Source of the DNA: Elusimicrobiota bacterium
GTDB lineage: Bacteria; Elusimicrobiota; Elusimicrobia; UBA1565
NCBI GenBank assembly: GCA_043819795.1
Contig: JBDREN010000010.1
Span: forward strand, 1 to 12,816
Direction of reading: 5' to 3'
DNA length: 12,816 nucleotides
Shown: positions 6,863-12,816 of the stretch, in pieces
Layout: each line of letters opens with the position of its first letter
How positions within the stretch are numbered: position 1 is the first letter of the stretch
The notes under the pieces: model-generated
Told to the model about the DNA's origin: nothing
What the model saw: only the letters and a program-made list of their open reading frames with translations
Database searches by the model: none
Position numbers and translations under genes: made by a program

Positions 6863-7330
6863 ATGAAGATCGCCCTCGGCGCCGATCACGGCGGATATCC
6901 TCTCAAGCGGCTCATCCACCTGCACCTCGAGCAGGGGGGGCACTTCGTCCTCAACCAGGGGACCGACTCCGACGGGTCGGTCGACTATCCCGACTACGCC
7001 CACAAGGTCGCCCGATGCGTCGTTTCGGGCGAGGCCGAGCGCGGCATCATGATCTGCGGCAGCGGGGTCGGGGCCTGCGTGGCCGCCAACAAGGTCCCCG
7101 GCGTCCGCGCCGGGCTCTGCCACGACACTTTCTCGGCCCATCAGGGGGTGGAGGACGACGACGTCAACGTCCTCTGCCTCGGCGCCCGGGTCATCGGCCC
7201 GGAGCTCGCGATGGAGATCGTCGACTCCTGGATGAACGCCCGTTTTTCGCAGGCCGACCGGCACGTCCGCCGGCGAGCCAAGATCCTGGAACTGGAGAAG
7301 CGTTACGCCGCTCAAGGCGACGGCGGGTAG
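6863..7330 (+). CDS. rpiB: Ribose-5-phosphate isomerase B, 155 aa
   Basis: MKIALGADHGG, VDYPDYA, GIMICGSGVG (catalytic Cys), ANKVPGVRA, DVNVLCLGARVIG, RHVRR. Confidence 0.95.
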   Translation: MKIALGADHGGYPLKRLIHLHLEQGGHFVLNQGTDSDGSVDYPDYAHKVARCVVSGEAERGIMICGSGVGACVAANKVPGVRAGLCHDTFSAHQGVEDDDVNVLCLGARVIGPELAMEIVDSWMNARFSQADRHVRRRAKILELEKRYAAQGDGG

Positions 7331-7850
7331 ACGCGCGCGACGCGTCCGGCTGCTGCTCATGGACGTCGACGGCGTCCTGACCGACGGCCGTCTTTTCCAT
7401 TTCGTCGACACCAAAGGCCGGCTCGTGGAGCTCAAGGGCGTGGACACCCAGGACGGCATCGCTCTGACCTGGCTCGCGCGCAACGGGATCCGGACGGGCG
7501 TCATCAGCGGCAGGCGCTCGGCGGGCTTCGCGGCCCGCGCCCGGGCCCTGCGCATGAGCTACGTCGTCCAGGGCGCCGACGAGAAGCTCGCGCCGTTCGA
7601 GCGCATCCTCAAGGAAGCGCGCCTCCGGCCCGACGAGGCGGCCTTCATCGGAGACGACCTGCCGGACATCCCCGTGATGCGGCGCGCCGGCTGGGCCATC
7701 GCCGTGGCCAACGCCCGGCCCGAGGTCAAGCGCGCCGCCCATACGGTGACCAAACGCCGGGGCGGCGGAGGGGCCGTGCGCGAGGCCGTCGAGCTCCTGC
7801 TCAAGTCCCGCGGGCTCTGGGAGGGACTCGTGGAGAGCTACCGATCATGA
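7305..7850 (+). CDS. kdsC: HAD-superfamily KdsC/YrbI-like 3-deoxy-D-manno-octulosonate 8-phosphate phosphatase; start uncertain (ACG 7305 proposed; first in-frame ATG is 7359)
   Basis: RARRVRLLLMDVDGVLTDG (motif I), GVISGR (motif II), K, FIGDDLPD (motif IV), GGGAVREAVELLL. The conserved first beta-strand is encoded upstream of ATG 7359. Confidence 0.88.
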   Translation, partial: TPLKATAGRRARRVRLLLMDVDGVLTDGRLFHFVDTKGRLVELKGVDTQDGIALTWLARNGIRTGVISGRRSAGFAARARALRMSYVVQGADEKLAPFERILKEARLRPDEAAFIGDDLPDIPVMRRAGWAIAVANARPEVKRAAHTVTKRRGGGGAVREAVELLLKSRGLWEGLVESYRS

Positions 7851-8548
7851 GAGGAAACGCGGCCCTGGGTCTGGCGTGCCTGATGGTCCTGGCGGGCGGC
7901 TGCGGCGGCGTGTCGTTCCATGTGGGTGATCCCGCGGCCGAGCCCTCCTCCGACGCCGCCGACGGGGAGGCGCCCCGAGCGAAGGCCGTCGCCAGCCGGG
8001 AGGAGACCGCGGTCCAAGACGCATTGCAGTACGTCGCGGCCCAGCGGGTCAGCTACAAGATCAGCTCCGCCGACCTCCTCGAGATCACCGTCTACCAGGA
8101 GGGGGACCTCAACCGCAAGGTCCGGGTGAGCCCGAACGGGGTCATCACCTTCCCGCTGGTCGGGAAGGTCCAGGTGGCGGGCCTCAGCGTCCCCCAGGCC
8201 GAGCAGGCGGTCACCGAGAAGCTGCGGCGCTACGTGATCGACCCGCAGGTCTCGATCTTCATCACGGATTACGGGAACAAGCAGGTCTACGTCCTCGGCG
8301 AGGTGAAGAAGCCCGGCTCCTATCCCCTGCCCACCGAGGCGGCCCTGACCGTGATCGAGGCGATCACTCTGGCCGGCGGGTTCACGGAGTACGCCGCCGT
8401 GGACCGGACCCGCGTCATCCGGAAGTCCCCGGGCGGGACCCAGAACTTCGCCATCGAAGTCACCGAGATCACCAAGCGCGGCGACAAGAGCAAGGACATC
8501 CAGCTGCTGACCAACGACGTGGTCTTCGTCCCCGAAAGCTTCTTCTGA
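7847..8548 (+). CDS. wza: Short OPX/Wza-family polysaccharide export lipoprotein (Poly_export + one SLBB domain), 233 aa
   Basis: Lipobox LAGG-C19; YKISSADLLEITVY, VSPNGVITFPLVGKVQVAGLS, YVIDPQVSI, VYVLGEVKKPG, AITLAGG, LLTNDVVFVPESFF. ATGA overlap with kdsC; SD GGAG at 7832. Confidence 0.92.
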   Translation: MRGNAALGLACLMVLAGGCGGVSFHVGDPAAEPSSDAADGEAPRAKAVASREETAVQDALQYVAAQRVSYKISSADLLEITVYQEGDLNRKVRVSPNGVITFPLVGKVQVAGLSVPQAEQAVTEKLRRYVIDPQVSIFITDYGNKQVYVLGEVKKPGSYPLPTEAALTVIEAITLAGGFTEYAAVDRTRVIRKSPGGTQNFAIEVTEITKRGDKSKDIQLLTNDVVFVPESFF

Positions 8549-8551
8549 ACC

Positions 8552-10324
8552 ATGGCCGATATCCGCGAAGAGCCCGCTCCCGACATCGACCTGACCCGCT
8601 ACCTCCAGGTCCTGTCGCGCCGGCGCTGGATCATCGTCTCGGTCTGGGTCATCGCGATGCTCAGCGCCGCGCTCTACGTCTTCACTGCCCGCCCGCTCTA
8701 CTCGGCCACGACGCTCATCCTCATCGAGAAGGAGCGCCGCGCCCAGGCCTACAACGAGGGGATGATGGTGGAGACGACGGCCGACGACTACTATCAGACC
8801 CAGTACAAGCTGCTCAAGAGCCGCAGCCTGCTCAAGAAGGTGCACTCCAAGCTCGGCCTGGACAAGACCCCCGAGTTCGCGGGGGGCGTGGGAGCGCTCG
8901 ACGGCAAGGTGTCCGTCAGCCCCGTACGGCGCAGCCGCCTCGTCAACGTCAGCACCGAGTCGTTCGACCCCGCCCTGGCCGCCCGCATCTCGAACACCCT
9001 CTCCGAGCTCTTCGTGTCCGAGAACGTCGAGAGCAAGCTCTTCATCTCGAAGGAGATCCTGCGCGCCTTGTTCTCCGGGTCCGTCCCCGAGGGCGCGGCG
9101 GAGGAGATCGCCGGGCCCGCCATTGACCGGGACTCGCTGCCGGCCGTGGTCAACAGCCCGCTGATCCAGAACCTGAAGGGGATCTACGCGAACCTCGAGG
9201 CCCGCCTGGGGGACCTCTCTCGCCGCTACACTCCCGAGCACCCGGAGCGGGCGCGCCTGCAGTCCCAGATGGCCGCGCTGAATGCGCGCATCGAGGGCGA
9301 GACGGACAAGATCGTCACGGGAATGAAGGCGGAGCTCTCGGGCCGGCTCCTCGGCAACAACGTCCGCATCATCGACCCGGCCGAGGTCCCCGCGGGCCCG
9401 TACAAGCCCCGCAAGAAGCGGGCCCTGCTCATCGCGGGGCTCCTGGGGCTGATGGGCGGGTGCCTGCTGGCGCTAGGGGTCGACACGCTCGACCAGACGC
9501 TGCACACTCAAGACGACGTGGAGCGCCGGCTGAGCCTCGCGTTCCTCGGCTCGGTGCCCAAGGCCGTCCTCGAAAGCGACACGGCCGACGCCTACAGCAA
9601 GCTGATCACGGGGCCGAAGTCCTTCACGGGGGAGGCGCTCAAGAACATCCGCACGATGCTCGGTTTCGCCGCGGCCGGGAAGGACATGCGCTCCATCCTC
9701 ATCACGAGCACCGGCCAGGGGGAGGGGAAGACCTTCATCGCCATCAGCATGGCGATGGTGTTCGCCCAGCTCGGCGAGCGCGTCCTCCTGATCGAGGGGG
9801 ACCTCCGGCGCCCCAACCTGCACAAGCGCTTCGCGATCTCGCGCGAGAAGGGCTTGAGCCACTTCCTGGCCCACGGCAAGAAGACCGCGGAGGTCGAGGC
9901 CCTCATCCAGGAATCCGGCACGCCGGGGCTCGACGTCCTCGTCACCGGCAGGATACCGCCGAACCCCTCGGAACTGCTGAGCACCCCCCGCGTCGCGGGG
10001 CTCATTGAGTGGGCCAAGGAGCACTACGACCGCGTGCTCATCGACGGCACCCCCGTCTTCCCGATCACCGACGCCCTGCTCTGGGGCCATCACGTCGACA
10101 GCGCCGCCTTCGTCGTCAAGTTCGGGGCGACCCACGCGAACCTCGCGCTGCGCGCGCGCCAGAAGCTCCAGGAGGGGAGCCTCAAGGTCGCCGGGGCCAT
10201 CGTCAACCAGGTGACCTGGAAGGCCAACTCCTACGGCGACTACTACTATTACTACTACTATTACTCGGACTACATGAAGCCGGCCCCGGCCGACGACGAG
10301 TCCGAGGCCGCGCGGCACGCGTAA
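8552..10324 (+). CDS. wzc: Wzc-like polysaccharide co-polymerase / BY-kinase (PCP-2a), 590 aa
   Basis: IDLTRYLQVLSRRRW plus TM1; YYQTQYKLLKSRSL; YTPEHP; RIIDPAEVP..P.KP plus TM2; Walker A GQGEGKT (9713-9733); A' LIEGDLRRP; PPNPSELL; Walker B VLIDGTP; C-terminal Tyr cluster. Confidence 0.94.
   Translation: MADIREEPAPDIDLTRYLQVLSRRRWIIVSVWVIAMLSAALYVFTARPLYSATTLILIEKERRAQAYNEGMMVETTADDYYQTQYKLLKSRSLLKKVHSKLGLDKTPEFAGGVGALDGKVSVSPVRRSRLVNVSTESFDPALAARISNTLSELFVSENVESKLFISKEILRALFSGSVPEGAAEEIAGPAIDRDSLPAVVNSPLIQNLKGIYANLEARLGDLSRRYTPEHPERARLQSQMAALNARIEGETDKIVTGMKAELSGRLLGNNVRIIDPAEVPAGPYKPRKKRALLIAGLLGLMGGCLLALGVDTLDQTLHTQDDVERRLSLAFLGSVPKAVLESDTADAYSKLITGPKSFTGEALKNIRTMLGFAAAGKDMRSILITSTGQGEGKTFIAISMAMVFAQLGERVLLIEGDLRRPNLHKRFAISREKGLSHFLAHGKKTAEVEALIQESGTPGLDVLVTGRIPPNPSELLSTPRVAGLIEWAKEHYDRVLIDGTPVFPITDALLWGHHVDSAAFVVKFGATHANLALRARQKLQEGSLKVAGAIVNQVTWKANSYGDYYYYYYYYSDYMKPAPADDESEAARHA
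10241..10264 (+). repeat. (TACTACTATTAC)x2 encoding eight consecutive Tyr in the Wzc Y-cluster
   Basis: Perfect 12-bp tandem duplication within a TAY triplet run; peptide SYGDYYYYYYYYSDY. Confidence 0.9.
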
Positions 10325-10348
10325 CTTCCTTCCGAAACAATATAGACA

Positions 10349-10377
10349 TTGAAAAAACGCCGCCGCTCTGTTAACCT
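10349..10377 (+). promoter_or_regulatory. Sigma70-type promoter: TTGAAA (10349-10354), 17 bp, TAACCT (10372-10377), with extended TG (10369-10370) and AT-rich upstream sequence
   Basis: Canonical spacing and conserved TTG and TA...T positions, 52 nt upstream of ATG 10430. Confidence 0.7.
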
Positions 10378-10429
10378 TGCGGCGGACGCGCATATCGGCG
10401 CGAGCCCCTGTTCCGACGCGGGCGCTGAG

Positions 10430-12816
10430 ATGACCGAGCAACCCGAGAACCCCGAGGACCTCCTCGAGAACGTCGCCAACCTCGACACGGCGCGCATGAC
10501 GCTGCGCTGGGCTCTCGAGCGCATCCGGGGCCTGGAGCGCTCCGCCTCGGAGAACCAGGCGTCGCTGCAGCAGGCCTACGACTCCCGCCGGAAAGCGCTC
10601 GAGGAGCTCGCGTCGTACCGAAAATCCGTCGAGGACCGCACCCGCAATCTCCAGGAGAAGGAGCGTTTCGTCGGCGAGATGCAGCGCATCCTCAACGACC
10701 TCTTCAAGGGAGAGGTCGACGTCGCCGAGTTCGTGCGGCGCCGCAAGGAGATCGAGGAGTCGAAGGCCGCGCTCGAGGCGAAGCTGCGCGAGAGGCTCTC
10801 TCAGGCGGAGCGGGACCACAAGCGCGAGATATCGGAGCACGCCCAACGCCTGGCCGAGATGGAGGCGACCTACACCGGCGCCCTGGCCGACGCCCAGAAG
10901 AAGTACCACGAGCAGATCGAGCGCCTCCGCCGGGAGTACGAGCAGTCGCTGGGCGCGGAGAAGGAGAAGCGCGACCGCTTCCGCGAAGAGGCCCACGCGG
11001 AGGCGGAGAGCTCGGCGGAGCGCTACCACCACAAGATGCTGGTCCTCGAGCACAGCTACTCGGCCAAGCGCCAGGAGCTCGAGGAGGACCTCGCGCGGCT
11101 GTCGGCCAGGCTCCTCGAGGAAAGCAAGAAGACCGAGGAGCGGCACCAGCACGAGGCCCGGCACTTGCGGGAGAGCTGGGAGGCGGAGCGCGCTTCCCTG
11201 CTCGAGGAGCTCGCGTCCATGCGCCGCAAGGACGCGGAGAAGCTGGCCGAGGCGATCCGCGCCGTCGAGTCGAAGTCCCGGGAGAAGGACTCCGAGCAGC
11301 GGGAGCGGGCCGAGTCGGACCTCGAAGCCATGCGCAGGCACTACGACGAGGTGATGGCGCGCCAGCAGGCCGAGTTCCGCAAGCATCTCGAGGCCCACTC
11401 CAACGAGGTCCACACCCTGCGCCTCCGGCTCCGCGACCAGCAGGAGCAGCACGCCGAGACGATCCTGGAGGTCGACCGCGACCATCGGCGGGAGCTCTCC
11501 GAGATCAAACGGACCATGCAGGCCACCTTCCTAGAGCGCGAGGAGTCCTGGGAAGCCGCCAACACGCGCAAGGTCGAGGGGCTGGAGCGCAATCTCGAAG
11601 AACGCCAGCGGGCCTACGAAGCCGAGCGGGGCGCCCTGCTCCAGCGCCACAAGGATGCGACCCTGGAAGCGGAGACGTCGCACGTTGAGGAGATCCAGGC
11701 GCTGCGCGCCCAGATGAAGAAGCCGCAGCAGGAGCAGGCCGAGGACTTCCTCGATCAGGGACGCAGGCACCGGGACGAGCTGCTGAATATCGAGGCCGAG
11801 CTCCGGGAGGCGCACGCCCGCGACATCGAGGCCTTGCGCGCGGAGTTCAAGCGGCGCCAGGAGGAGCAAGTCCAAGAGCGCGACAAGCGGCTGCGGGCCT
11901 TAGGGGAGGAGAGCCGGACGCGCCAGGAAGCCTTCGATAGTGAGCGCGCCGACCTGGTCGCGAGGCACGAGCAGGCCCGGGAGCAGGACGCCCAGCGCTT
12001 TAGCCGGGCGCTGGGCGAGCAGGCGGAGGCGGCCCGCGCCCGGGAGATGTTCCTCGCCCGCCAGCTCGACGAGCTGCGCGCGGAGATGAAGAACGATCGT
12101 AAGGCGTTCGACGCCGAGCGGAGCGGCCTGGCGAGCAAGCACGACGAAGCGCTTTGCGCGTTGGAGGCGGCTCGCGCCGGCGAGCTCGAGGAGCTGCGCG
12201 CCCGGATGCGGAGCGACCGGGAAGCGTTCGACGCCGAGCGGAGCGGCATGGCGTGCAAGCACGATGAAACGCTCCGCGCGGCGGAGGCGGCCCGCGCCGG
12301 CGAGCTCGACGAGCTGCGCGCCCGGATGCGGAGCGACCGGGAAGCGTTCGACGCCGAACGCAAGGAGCTCTCGCGCATCCACGAGGAGACGGTCCGTTCT
12401 GCGCAGAGCGTTCACGCTCGCGACATTTCGGAGCTCCAAGCGCAGCTGGAGCGGCAGCGGGAGGCGTCCCGGACGGAGCTCCGGGCGACGATGGAGAGGC
12501 AGCGCGACGCGCTCCAGGCCGAGTCCCGCAAACGAGAGCAGGCCCTCGAGGCCGGGTTCCGCGAGCGCGAGCGCACCATCGAAGTCGAGACCGCCAAACG
12601 CGAGCAGGCCATCGCTTCCTTGCGCAAGCAGATGGAGGAGGCCGGCAAGCGGCAGGCAGCCGCGGCTATTGGACCCGTCCAGCCGCGCACCGGGCCCGAA
12701 GGGCCCAGTGCCGCGCTCGGTAAGGGAGGGGGTGAGAGTGCTGGCAGTCCCGCCAAGGGTGGGGCAGCCGCGGCCAGGCCTCCGGCCCCTCCCCGCCCGC
12801 CCGCGCCGGGCCCGGG
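10430..12816 (+). CDS. Large coiled-coil hypothetical protein, >=795 aa, 3'-truncated by the window edge
   Basis: Translated by hand as open from ATG 10430 (MTEQPENPEDLLENVANLDTARMTLRWALERIRGLER...) to the last base. E/R/A/L-rich and helical with strong GC3 bias; Gly/Pro-rich linker from ~12660. Missing from the ORF track because it has no stop. Confidence 0.9.
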   Translation, partial: MTEQPENPEDLLENVANLDTARMTLRWALERIRGLERSASENQASLQQAYDSRRKALEELASYRKSVEDRTRNLQEKERFVGEMQRILNDLFKGEVDVAEFVRRRKEIEESKAALEAKLRERLSQAERDHKREISEHAQRLAEMEATYTGALADAQKKYHEQIERLRREYEQSLGAEKEKRDRFREEAHAEAESSAERYHHKMLVLEHSYSAKRQELEEDLARLSARLLEESKKTEERHQHEARHLRESWEAERASLLEELASMRRKDAEKLAEAIRAVESKSREKDSEQRERAESDLEAMRRHYDEVMARQQAEFRKHLEAHSNEVHTLRLRLRDQQEQHAETILEVDRDHRRELSEIKRTMQATFLEREESWEAANTRKVEGLERNLEERQRAYEAERGALLQRHKDATLEAETSHVEEIQALRAQMKKPQQEQAEDFLDQGRRHRDELLNIEAELREAHARDIEALRAEFKRRQEEQVQERDKRLRALGEESRTRQEAFDSERADLVARHEQAREQDAQRFSRALGEQAEAARAREMFLARQLDELRAEMKNDRKAFDAERSGLASKHDEALCALEAARAGELEELRARMRSDREAFDAERSGMACKHDETLRAAEAARAGELDELRARMRSDREAFDAERKELSRIHEETVRSAQSVHARDISELQAQLERQREASRTELRATMERQRDALQAESRKREQALEAGFRERERTIEVETAKREQAIASLRKQMEEAGKRQAAAAIGPVQPRTGPEGPSAALGKGGGESAGSPAKGGAAAARPPAPPRPPAPGP
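12061..12420 (+). repeat. Three in-frame 120-bp (40-aa) tandem repeats in the coiled-coil protein
   Basis: QLDELRAEMKNDRKAFDAERSGLASKHDEALCALEAARAG / ELEELRARMRSDREAFDAERSGMACKHDETLRAAEAARAG / ELDELRARMRSDREAFDAERKELSRIHEETVRSAQSVHAR. 12181-12240 and 12301-12360 differ at only 2 of 60 nt. Confidence 0.92.

Noticed and set aside
1661..10374. Alternative-frame plus-strand ORFs (1661-2845, 5078-6124, 6844-7380, 9460-10008, 10009-10374)
   Set aside because: Nested in well-supported genes, with the R/G/P/A-rich composition typical of off-frame GC-rich DNA.
10430..10440. ATGACCGAGCA shared between the last ORF's start and the 53-bp unit
   Set aside because: Only 11 nt encoding a common M-T-E start; the rest of the unit, its SD and its hairpin are absent.
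439..12756. Long minus-strand ORFs (e.g. 439-1389, 1437-3422, 4494-6122, 7838-9241, 9473-11485)
   Set aside because: Antisense shadows of GC3-biased plus-strand genes, with no recognisable motifs.
10430..12816. SMC/SbcC or phage tape-measure assignment
   Set aside because: No N-terminal Walker A head and no phage genes nearby. Any similarity would be compositional only.

Overview
GC-rich bacterial chromosomal window with all credible genes on the + strand. The encoded OPX/Wzc, KdsC and lipoproteins indicate a diderm; the GYF_2/coiled-coil gene style suggests Elusimicrobiota or similar, which is inference only. Gene order: a perfect 53-bp tandem repeat (2 copies plus 10 bp), a HAMP sensor histidine kinase, a GYF_2 / long coiled-coil / TM / Pro-Lys-tail protein (true start 1542), an exported TPR + SpoIID/LytB lytic transglycosylase-like protein, a hypothetical lipoprotein, a probable rpiB-kdsC-wza(short OPX)-wzc operon, and a >=795-aa coiled-coil protein from 10430 that runs off the window and is absent from the ORF track. 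There is no rRNA, tRNA, CRISPR array or transposase. The strongest unexplained signals are: (1) each 53-bp unit is a MIRU-like cassette encoding an 18-aa mini-ORF chained by ATGA overlaps into the kinase start, and it folds a hairpin over its own RBS and AUG; (2) kdsC appears to start at an ACG codon with an ideally spaced SD, one synonymous rpiB base away from ATG; (3) two large repeat-built coiled-coil proteins share a PPAPGP motif, and one carries a GYF_2 domain; (4) a short OPX without an outer-membrane helix and a compact Wzc with 8 consecutive Tyr sit without the rest of an EPS locus. I cannot establish a wholly new system from sequence alone.
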